64,000 nt of DNA from Antedon mediterranea (lineage: Eukaryota; Animalia; Echinodermata): the NCBI RefSeq assembly GCF_964355755.1, contig NC_092671.1, positions 1,178,001-1,242,000 of the forward strand, in the 5' to 3' direction. Each line of letters opens with the position of its first letter. Position 1 is the stretch's first letter. Shown in pieces: positions 52,501 through 59,268 of the stretch. The translations under genes and the position numbers were made by a program. The notes under the pieces were generated by a model, which made no database searches, was not told where the DNA came from, and saw only the letters and a list, made by a program, of their open reading frames with translations.

Positions 52501-55500
52501 TTTTTTCAATAAAGTATATCAAAATATATATATTTGATATTAATATATTAGTAAAGTAACTACTGTAAGTAGTACGTGTGCGCAAACATAATTTAATTAC
52601 AATAACATGATGACATCAATTTTTCAAGATTACACAAACCAACAGTGGTGTTGGTAGTCTATGAGTGCCGCTTACCTGGATAAACCAACATAAGCCTCTC
52701 TCTCCGACGAGAGGTAAACATTACGAAAAGAAGAACATTAATAACATTAATTTTTCCCCACCCCCGTCGGATAATGGATCAGTCCGCCACCAGTACGCCC
52801 TCAAGTGAGACACACCCACTTATCATCGTCATCATTTCTCAAGACCACCTGCCTGAGGGGACGGTAGGGAGGGCGTTTATCCAGGTAAGCGGCACTCATA
52901 GACTACCAACACCACTGTTGGTTTGTGTAGTCTATATCGTGCCTAGCTTACCTGGATAAACCAACATAAGCCAGTGTAGCACCGGACTAGAGTCTAGTCG
53001 GAGGCGGGAGGCAAGGTAAACATTGTCATACATACCTAGTGTCTGGGCTTCAAGATTGAAGCCGCCACCGTAGACTGGTTTGCGGAGGTATCCGACAGGT
53101 AGTGGGATGTGAAGGTGGACTGTGATCGCCACCATGCCGCTTGCAGGATGTCTGGAAGGGGCACCCCAGCAAACAGCGCCCATGAAGCGGCTATGCCACG
53201 CACTTGGTGCATATGTGCCGGAGGAGGCGTATTTGTGGAGTCGTAACCAGCCCGGATGGCTGCCACGACCCAGTTTGCCAGCGTCGACCGAGCAGCCGGT
53301 CGGAAGGGTGCAACTGTCGATACGAACAGATGTGACGCTGAGACCCGAATGGACTCTGTGCGTTTGATGTAAAACTTTAGTGCCCGCACCGGGCACCAAA
53401 GTCCGTCTTCCTCAACCCCTGAACATGCAGCAATGGTGGGAATAAACACAGTCGGCGGCGAGAAGTTCAATGTCTGAGATTTTGCAAGGAAATCTTTTCT
53501 AAAAACCAACCGCGCGCCACCCCGTTCAAACCTGATGTGCCCTGGCTCCAGAGAAAGAGCATGCAGTTCACCTCTGCGCTTGCACGAGGCTAGTGCAATC
53601 AAAAAGGCAGTTTTGAGAGTCAGGTTGTAAAGTGATGCCCTACTCAGGGGCTCGAAGGGTGGACGCATAAGAGCGGCTAGGACGACATTGACGTCCCAAC
53701 GTGGAATCAGGGCCTTAGTAGGAGGCCGTTCTCGAAACATCCCGCGAAGCAAACTGGAAATTGCAGGGGATGAAGAGATGGTCGAGCCGTCCTTAAAATT
53801 CGGAATTACTGCACCCAAGGCAGACCGATAGCCGGATACGGTGCGAACCTGCAGACCTGACTCAAACAGGTAATGTAGGAAAGCGCAGACCTGGCCCAAA
53901 GTCACTTTCATAGGGTCGGTCTTCTGGCGCTTGCACCATTTGAAAAAGTGTTTTAATCGGCTATTGTAGACAGCAAGAGTGGATTCCCGCCGGGATTTCG
54001 CCGCGAGGGCGGCCGGGCCATCTGGAATGCCTGAGTCTCTGAAGCGATCCCTGACAATGGCCATACAGTCAGGTCGAGGGATATGAGGTTCGGTAGAGCA
54101 AACCGAGCTCGGCCCTGCGTCAGCAAGTCGTTCCGAATCGGAAGACGTAACGGCTGATCGTACAGAAGGCCTAGTAGCAGTGGAAACCACGGCTGCCTGG
54201 GCCAATACGGCGCTATTAGTAGGACTCGGCATTGATGGCGCTGAATGTGCGTCAGGACCAGTGGCAGAATTGAAATCGGTGGAAAGGCATATGCCCAAAG
54301 GTTGTCCCATGGTATGGACAGGGCATCCACCGCCCACGCATGAGCATCCCGATATCGACTGCAGAAAGTCGGGAGCTGCGTGTTGCCTGACGTCGCAAAC
54401 AGATCTACATGGGGCCGCCCAAAGTGGTTGAAGATTTGGGTGGCGATTATTGGAAGGAGACGCCATTCCGTAGGACGTAGAAGTGGACGGGACAGGGCGT
54501 CCGCCACTATGTTCAGACGACCCGCAATGTGGGCCGCTGACAGTTGGATGTTGTGCCTTATACACCACATCAGCACCGTCCACGTGTGGCAACATAGCGT
54601 GGGGGACCGTGTACCCCCCTGCCTGTTTATGTATGCCACGACGGTTGTGTTGTCGGAATTGACGAGAACATGGCGATTTGCCAGGTGGGGAAGAAGAGCC
54701 TCCAACGAGCGCTCGACTGCCCAAAGTTCGAGCAGGTTGATGTGGGCGCGCGTCTCCTCGGGCGACCAGAGGCCGGAGACGCGAATGTCCGGAGACGGTA
54801 TGTGACCGCCCCAGCCTACTTCGGATGCGTCCGTTTCCACACGGACATCCGGAATTGACCTTTGTATAGGTGTGCCCACAAGTAACCTGTCTTCCACGAG
54901 CCACCATTCGAGATGCGAGATAATGAACGCATTCGTTGGAACCACTTTGTGTAGAGGGTCTGATCTTGGGCGGTATGCTGCCAGAAGGTGCAGATGTAGA
55001 GGCCGCATCCTTAACCGGCAGAACGGAACGAGAGTGACGAGGCTGGCCAGTGACCCCAAGGTGCGTAGCCAGTCGTACGCCGTCGGAGCCTGAGCATTGA
55101 TAAGATGTAGCACTGCAGTTCTTGCCTTGGCCACACGCTCGATGGATGGGCACGCACGGCCCGTAACCAAATTTATTTGGGCTCCGAGATACAGAGGGTT
55201 CTGAGAAGGGAGAAGACATGACTTCTCCTCGTTTATTATGAACCCTGCTTGTTCCGTCACGAGGCGGACAAAAGATAAGCTGCTCAGCAGCTGGTCCCTG
55301 GACTGGGCCACGATCAACCAATCGTCTAAGTACATGAAAACTCTGATGCCGTGTTGATGAAAGAACACCGCCAGGGTTCTCACTAGACGAGTAAACACTC
55401 GTGGGGCCGTTGAGAGGCCGAACGGCAGAGCTACGAATTGGTATACCTGATCGTGAATGCGGAAGCGCAGCCAACTCTGGTGTTCTTGCGCAATAGGCAC

Positions 55501-58500
55501 GTGAAAGTACGCGTCTTTCAAGTCTATTGTGGCTGCCCAGTCCCCTCGTCTTAGCCCCAACAGGATAGATGAGACAGTCTCCATCCTGAACCTGCGGGGC
55601 CGAATGTACCGCTTGTTCAGACTTTTGAGGTTTAGGATGGGTCGCCAATCGCCCGATTTTTTCTGGGCGAGGAAAACGGTGGATTCGTGTCCCGGGATCG
55701 TAAGTTGTTCTTTTTGAACATGCACCACAGCTCCTTTCTGGAGCAGTGCTTCGAGGCCCGTCATGAGCGCTTGACTCTTTTCCGGCTCTGACGGAATCCT
55801 CGTGTGCCGGGCACCTCCGCTCACCGGAGGGCTCGAGAATTCGATACGATACCCGTGTGTCACGGTGGAGAGAACCCATCTGTCTGTGGTCAGGGTCTCC
55901 CAAACCCGTGAAAACCGTTTCAAGCGACCCCCCACCTGCCCGCCCTCGCTTGGAGGGACGGGCGCCCCCAAGCCGTCACCGGCGCTTCACATTATAATAC
56001 CGGCGACCACTCCTGTCGACGGACATAAGGACGTCCTCTGTCCGGGATTCCGAAGGCTTCAAAAAATTAGTCCTGGACGGGTCCAGGTTCTGGTCCTCAC
56101 GGACCCGTTCCTTCGCTGCCTCCGGGACGCTCGGCGCCGCGATGTACAGTTCGAATTGTTTCTGCGGCACCGGAAAAGCCGATGACAGGCTATAAGGCAT
56201 AGGCCTACGAACCTTGGACTCCTTAGCGATCAGCTCCACACGTTCCACAAGTTCTGGATCGAGAGGCGTAACCGGGCACGAAGATACCTTCTTAAAGGGC
56301 GTGCGTACGCCAAAAGTGGAATACCGCTTAGACGAAGGAGTATGCTTAGGCTCTCGATACGTGAAATCGACGCCGAGAAAGGACAGCACCGCGGGGACCG
56401 TCCGCATAACTAGCGCCTGCAGACCTTCCTCCCCTAGCCCGGCCTGCTCTCGTAAGCTATCTCTATCATCGTCAGAGAGCGAGGCCATCGTCCTGTCACT
56501 ATCGTAGTCCCTTTGCCGGACGGACGAACCATCGAAAAACGAGGTTTGCTGTGGGCCAACATCAATGTATGGAATCTGGGGAGGAGGTCTACTCTGAGAG
56601 GGTACCTCAGGCTCATCCCTCGGCAGAGCTCTCACAGCTGCAACAATGGCTTGCAGTAACCCCGGAGAAATCTCATTCACCCCCGGAACCGCAGAGGCCG
56701 CAGCCGGTGCAGGCATATCTGGAAGGCTAACTTCCGGCGCGACGACAGGAGGGCCTGCCGTATCAACGGTACCCACCTCCGGAGGTGGTACCGCTTCCGT
56801 GCGCTCTTTAGGCTTAGGGAGCGATTTGAACTTGGACACAAACATCGCACGGCGACAACTCGGTACACGTGCGGCAATTTATACACTCCAAGTGGCGGTC
56901 CCACTTCACGGTAGAGCGGGGACCCCTACATTTAATACAGTCCTGCTTAGGCATGGTGATCTAACAGACCTACTTTTCCCCACTAGCCTAACGAACAACA
57001 AAAGATCTTCCAGTATTTCTATCCAGGTGAAACACACTGGATAACGGCTTACAACGCTAAATTTTAACTCCTGGCAACTAGTCAAGGGTAACGATTCTAA
57101 ACGTATCCACCACAAGATAACGATCTACTACACTTAGCTTCGTTTTCTTGCTCTATTCTTCTCTTCCAGTCTACAGTATAAAGGTCTTTATCGCAAATTC
57201 CTCAGGAATTCCAGGAATGTGTTCAGAAAAAGACGTACGTACACAACGACGTTACGAAAAGAAATGATGACGATGATAAGTGGGTGTGTCTCACTTGAGG
57301 GCGTACTGGTGGCGGACTGATCCATTATCCGACGGGGGTGGGGAAAAATTAATGTTATTAATGTTCTTCTTTTCGTAATGTTTACCTCTCGTCGGAGAGA
57401 GAGGCTTATGTTGGTTTATCCAGGTAAGCTAGGCACGATATAGACTCGGCAATACCGTACGTAAATTATTAATGCAATACTGTATGAAGATTCGATAGTA
57501 CCATATATTTCAGTTTATAAGTCGCACCTGTGTATAAGATGCACCCCCTAACTGAGAGTAAAATATCTGTATTTTTTATATCGTTGATGTATAAGACGCA
57601 CCTTATATTTCATCAAAACAATGTTTTTTTAAATTGTAATCAATATTATTGTTATAATATATTTTGTTATATCTACAACGGTGTCCTTTATTTAGGTTTT
57701 TTCTTACCTAGGCTCGGCCGGGCCCAGCCTCAACAAGTTCTTTCTAACTTGTTATTCATGAGTTTCGCACCCGCAACATCGAGTGCATGACCGTGTGTGT
57801 GTAACACGTACGTGTGTGGGCTAGCCTCGCTCGATCATTTCGAGAGGGCGCACGTTTTCACGGACAATCGTATTCGATTAGTATCTATGCATCCGATAAG
57901 TGTGTACGCTAGGTCCATGCTATAATCACCTGGAGAATATACTAGTCGAATACCGTACACCATGTGGCCGCCAAGAAGGGCTTGCGCTGGGGGTACGGCG
58001 GTCGACGATCGTGCGTATAACTAAATATATACTAATCCAATCGTAAACGTTTACAAATGAAATTTTATCGGAGCGCCTAAAACAGCTCCATAATGAACAA
58101 ATCTTTTCATCATATTTAGTATAACATCATGCTAAAATGCCTTGAAAACTAGGCAGAAGCAAGTTGCCGTTATGTTAGTACAGTACACTGTAGCTAGTGA
58201 CGATATGTACAATCAGTGTGGTGAGGCATTTATGTTCAGTGTATAAGACACACCCTTAATTTAGAGGTCAAATTTGCGTGTAAAAAGTGCGACTTATACA
58301 CCGAAATATACGGTATGTAAATGAGATATAAAGATTTGGCAAAACCGTAGGTAAATTATTAATGCGGCAATACTGTATATGCAGATTTGATAGTATGTAA
58401 ATGAGATATAAATATTCGGCAAATACCGTACGTAAATTAATATTGCAATACTGTATAAAGATTCAATAGGAGAGTGCTCCAGAAACGTTGGGTCAGTTCA

Positions 58501-58996
58501 ACGTTATTTTTTCCCTTCACTGCCAATGTATTTTTTTTTTAAAGAGATATAAATAAACAAATAAATAGTACGTAAATGAGACATAAAGGTTCAATAGTAG
58601 TGTGTAGATTATAATGCAAACGTAAATTATTAATGATTTGATAGCATATGTAAATATATTTAGTTAGTTAACGTTCCATACAAATGACGATATTAAACTG
58701 GCGGCCGCTTCGACCATACTCCAGTTGAGTTACAGTACTGTAGTAGTGTTTTGAGCTAAGCCCAGGTGTTACTCAACACCATTCACGCCGTGAGCCTATC
58801 CAAGTTGCCTTTCAGTCAGACGATGATTTCGACACGTCTTGTCTGCTAGGCCTAGCCTAACAAAATTAATATTTGACACTTCAAACCATCAGTTTGTAGC
58901 TTACTTTCACTCAATATAATATCATTAATTATAATTACTTACTTTGAATCGATTTTCATTCTTGTGGTAAGAGGATTTACTGCTTCTTTTACTCAT
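19538..58996 (-). CDS. UTP20: Small subunit processome component 20 homolog (UTP20/DRIM), complete, about 55 coding exons
   Basis: Exon 1 58943-58996 MSKRSSKSSYHKNENRFK; exon 2 51915-51995 FETFSERLAKVNIDVI; exon 3 51475-51541 SFFAEGLAKWSELN; exon 4 47630-47762 HLQIKNSLAYQPLL; exon 5 46143-46331 LVVQLARDLQMDFY...AFRCLSYLFKFLWR. Internal exons include RVPIALAMVKLLQSLP, LKSRSRDIREVTRDTLVKI...LTRGYQ and LLHPHAWVRLVTSQLFG; last exon 19538-19681 AVADPEAAAKRKIKK. All match recalled UTP20 segments and have GT-AG boundaries. Confidence 0.95.
19757..19920. mobile_element. Short MITE with ~45-bp imperfect TIRs
   Basis: acgaatttccactaggcaaatttgttc...cgaatcgaaggcg is inversely matched by cgctttcgatttgtgcaaacaaattcgcatagtggaaaatcggc. 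Confidence 0.6.
20104..20628. repeat. 58-bp minisatellite x about 9
   Basis: Unit tgtaaggttaggttattatatatgatactaggaagtacatgtgaaacacatgtgatg(c/t). Confidence 0.95.
20664..21592. repeat. 29-bp minisatellite x about 32, essentially invariant
   Basis: Unit gatacagtaccaggaatcaggtgcatatt, no spacers. Confidence 0.97.
23233..23370. repeat. 30-bp tandem repeat abutting a UTP20 splice acceptor
   Basis: Unit taaaatcaattatgatggatactgatggat x about 4.5. Confidence 0.85.
24002..24134 (-). repeat. 44-bp triplication of a UTP20 exon end plus 5' splice site
   Basis: The minus strand reads caaactggtggcat..gctctcaaatcactcctgcaaaag|gtaag twice, then ...aaaag|gttag. Confidence 0.85.
26402..26533 (-). ncRNA. 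Intronic box H/ACA snoRNA, copy 1
   Basis: On the UTP20 sense strand: hairpin GCATC...GATGC, H box ACATTA, hairpin AGCAT...ATGCT with upper stem CAGGGACAGGT/ACTTGTTCCTG, then ACA + 3 nt; ~132 nt; conserved across three introns with unrelated flanks. Confidence 0.85.
27326..27457 (-). ncRNA. Intronic box H/ACA snoRNA, copy 2
   Basis: Same fold, H box and ACA; upper stem 1 is TACAAGA/TCTTGTG; 3' pocket variant GAAATAC. Confidence 0.8.
32452..32583 (-). ncRNA. Intronic box H/ACA snoRNA, copy 3
   Basis: Same fold, H box ACATTA and terminal ACAATT. Confidence 0.85.
32635..33410. repeat. ~62-bp minisatellite x about 12
   Basis: Unit taggggtgggattataattgaattgcattaacaagtaatttaccaaagtattttgtctgaat. 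Confidence 0.95.
33850..33942. repeat. 31-bp tandem repeat x3
   Basis: Unit tgtctttctacaatctaggtcacataatgtt. Confidence 0.8.
34553..38072. repeat. 16-bp minisatellite (acaagtatacccatgt), roughly 135 copies, split by a transposon
   Basis: Directly visible; explains the YKYTHVQVYP/GILVHGYTCTW pseudo-ORFs on both strands. Confidence 0.97.
35232..36589 (+). mobile_element. Non-autonomous pogo/Tigger-like (Tc1/mariner) element
   Basis: 24-bp TIR cagtcaactctcccaataccggac / gtccggtattgggagagttgactg, TA TSD, subterminal accgga repeats; possible transposase start remnant MAKRRRNELDL near 35916. Confidence 0.9.
39076..39337. mobile_element. MITE with an internal 21-bp tandem repeat
   Basis: TIR agccctgtctacactat / atagtgtagacaagagct; internal atatggtagtgatatgcttaa repeats; a partial inverted copy of the same family lies at 45620-45722. 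Confidence 0.75.
39885..40260. repeat. Degenerate ~40-bp tandem repeat with an internal palindrome
   Basis: Variants of catgtgtaaaaggctctttacacatg-ttctaggctataaa. Confidence 0.8.
41060..41300. repeat. Degenerate 21-bp tandem repeat
   Basis: Variants of atgacatcatcaacatcccat. Confidence 0.8.
41876..41993. repeat. 23-bp tandem repeat x5
   Basis: Unit actttactttgaccagcacgatc. Confidence 0.85.
44002..44428. repeat. 21-bp minisatellite with a higher-order interruption
   Basis: tatccatataaggaaggctag repeats, punctuated three times by tatccaagaatggctggtattacata. Confidence 0.9.
46405..47658 (-). repeat. 71-bp minisatellite (about 17 copies) built from the 3' end of UTP20 exon 4 and its donor site
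   Basis: Minus-strand unit aacagccttgcctaccaacctctactaga|gtaagtatgtgtacttaaatg.aaaggaactcaaataacatt; the first copy is the real exon end (NSLAYQPLL). Confidence 0.93.
47868..49467. mobile_element. Non-autonomous hAT-like DNA transposon with a 6-bp TSD
   Basis: 14-bp perfect TIR caggcctcgaattt / aaattcgaggcctg; GACAAG on both sides; subterminal gggcaccaaggcca-type repeats at both ends. Confidence 0.8.
49528..51345. mobile_element. Older non-autonomous DNA transposon (hAT-like), 5-6 bp TSD
   Basis: Imperfect TIR ctggggtagcact / agtgcgagcctag, flanked by (G)TGTAC; subterminal (t/c)gccaaaatggctaa motifs at both ends. Confidence 0.55.
52876..52972. repeat. DIRS internal complementary region (ICR)
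   Basis: 52876-52929 is the reverse complement of 52631-52684, and 52929-52972 is the reverse complement of 57403-57446. Confidence 0.92.
53036..55903 (-). CDS. DIRS tyrosine recombinase ORF (long N-terminal part overlaps pol)
   Basis: C-terminal ~340 aa: SAM-like domain (STLAVYNSRLKHFFKWC), KTAFLIALASCKRRGELHAL, CPVRALKFY, HQVRGIAAS, WRSQSTFTSHY, giving the R-H-R-Y tetrad. Confidence 0.92.
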   Translation of the reverse strand: MGDPDHRQMGSLHRDTRVSYRILEPSGERRCPAHEDSVRAGKESSAHDGPRSTAPERSCGACSKRTTYDPGTRIHRFPRPEKIGRLATHPKPQKSEQAVHSAPQVQDGDCLIYPVGAKTRGLGSHNRLERRVLSRAYCARTPELAALPHSRSGIPIRSSAVRPLNGPTSVYSSSENPGGVLSSTRHQSFHVLRRLVDRGPVQGPAAEQLIFCPPRDGTSRVHNKRGEVMSSPFSEPSVSRSPNKFGYGPCVPIHRACGQGKNCSATSYQCSGSDGVRLATHLGVTGQPRHSRSVLPVKDAASTSAPSGSIPPKIRPSTQSGSNECVHYLASRMVARGRQVTCGHTYTKVNSGCPCGNGRIRSRLGRSHTVSGHSRLRPLVARGDARPHQPARTLGSRALVGGSSSPPGKSPCSRQFRQHNRRGIHKQAGGYTVPHAMLPHVDGADVVYKAQHPTVSGPHCGSSEHSGGRPVPSTSTSYGMASPSNNRHPNLQPLWAAPCRSVCDVRQHAAPDFLQSISGCSCVGGGCPVHTMGQPLGICLSTDFNSATGPDAHSAPSMPSPTNSAVLAQAAVVSTATRPSVRSAVTSSDSERLADAGPSSVCSTEPHIPRPDCMAIVRDRFRDSGIPDGPAALAAKSRRESTLAVYNSRLKHFFKWCKRQKTDPMKVTLGQVCAFLHYLFESGLQVRTVSGYRSALGAVIPNFKDGSTISSSPAISSLLRGMFRERPPTKALIPRWDVNVVLAALMRPPFEPLSRASLYNLTLKTAFLIALASCKRRGELHALSLEPGHIRFERGGARLVFRKDFLAKSQTLNFSPPTVFIPTIAACSGVEEDGLWCPVRALKFYIKRTESIRVSASHLFVSTVAPFRPAARSTLANWVVAAIRAGYDSTNTPPPAHMHQVRGIAASWALFAGVPLPDILQAAWWRSQSTFTSHYLSDTSANQSTVAASILKPRH
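53953..55971 (-). CDS. DIRS pol: reverse transcriptase, RNase H and adenine-methyltransferase-like domain
   Basis: WRPILNLK, IDLKDAYFH, LPFGLSTAP, YLDD; TDASEVGWG, HINLLEL, SDNTT, NIVADALSR; DLFAT..N and YAFPP. Confidence 0.95.
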   Translation of the reverse strand: MGAPVPPSEGGQVGGRLKRFSRVWETLTTDRWVLSTVTHGYRIEFSSPPVSGGARHTRIPSEPEKSQALMTGLEALLQKGAVVHVQKEQLTIPGHESTVFLAQKKSGDWRPILNLKSLNKRYIRPRRFRMETVSSILLGLRRGDWAATIDLKDAYFHVPIAQEHQSWLRFRIHDQVYQFVALPFGLSTAPRVFTRLVRTLAVFFHQHGIRVFMYLDDWLIVAQSRDQLLSSLSFVRLVTEQAGFIINEEKSCLLPSQNPLYLGAQINLVTGRACPSIERVAKARTAVLHLINAQAPTAYDWLRTLGSLASLVTLVPFCRLRMRPLHLHLLAAYRPRSDPLHKVVPTNAFIISHLEWWLVEDRLLVGTPIQRSIPDVRVETDASEVGWGGHIPSPDIRVSGLWSPEETRAHINLLELWAVERSLEALLPHLANRHVLVNSDNTTVVAYINRQGGTRSPTLCCHTWTVLMWCIRHNIQLSAAHIAGRLNIVADALSRPLLRPTEWRLLPIIATQIFNHFGRPHVDLFATSGNTQLPTFCSRYRDAHAWAVDALSIPWDNLWAYAFPPISILPLVLTHIQRHQCRVLLIAPYWPRQPWFPLLLGLLYDQPLRLPIRNDLLTQGRARFALPNLISLDLTVWPLSGIASETQAFQMARPPSRRNPGGNPLLLSTIAD
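55976..56954 (-). pseudogene. DIRS gag, frameshifted and probably internally deleted
   Basis: The ATG at 56954 opens MPKQDCIKC...DRHLECINCRTCTELSPCDVC (Zn finger), which stops at 56814; the rest (56845-55976) is in another frame. Confidence 0.75.
57501..58313. mobile_element. Non-autonomous Tc2/pogo-like MITE
   Basis: 27-bp TIR cc(a/g)tatatttc(a/g)gt(t/g)tataagtcgcac, TA TSD; the paralogous empty site gatttgatagtatgtaaatgagatata lies near 58384. Confidence 0.88.
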
Positions 58997-59268
58997 TTTC
59001 TACATCATAATTTACCCACGTGTAATTAAAATACACCACCGGACAAGACCTATTCGCCCGTGACGTGGTGTTACAAGTATTTGTCTATTCACACGGTGCG
59101 CTACTCCGCACTCCGCTGCCGAGTGTATTTATTTTAAGCGGTGCGCCCTCACAAAATAAACAAAAAACAATAACAAACCTCGAGAGCGATCAACTTAGAG
59201 CTGAGTTTTAGTACACATTGTACTATTAAAGCAGCAGCTCAGATAAGGTATCGTGCAGCCTACCAGCC
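58997..59268. promoter_or_regulatory. Bidirectional promoter between UTP20 and the divergent gene
   Basis: 272 bp between divergent ATGs, locally CpG-rich; E-box CACGTG at 59017-59022 and GTGACGTG near 59060. Confidence 0.6.

Larger units (their letters stand above)
52631..57446 (-). mobile_element. DIRS1-type tyrosine-recombinase retrotransposon with both termini intact
   Basis: 170-bp ITRs 52670-52839 and 57260-57429, identical by eye; terminal extensions; ICR at 52876-52972 complementary to both ends; gag, RT-RNase H-MT and YR ORFs; no TSD; GC-rich relative to the host. Confidence 0.96.
52177..58722. mobile_element. Host DNA transposon remnant (GG...CC termini, 8-bp TSD; Merlin- or MULE-like) containing nested insertions
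   Basis: ~50-bp imperfect TIR ggattactgtcaaagcggccgctagttcaataacggtaatttgtatggaacg vs cgttccatacaaatgacgatattaaactggcggccgcttcgaccatactcc; AGTTGAGT at 52169-52176 and 58723-58730. Confidence 0.75.

Noticed and set aside
52774-57044. Plus-strand ORFs within the DIRS element
   Set aside because: Antisense shadows of GC-rich coding sequence with no recognisable motifs.
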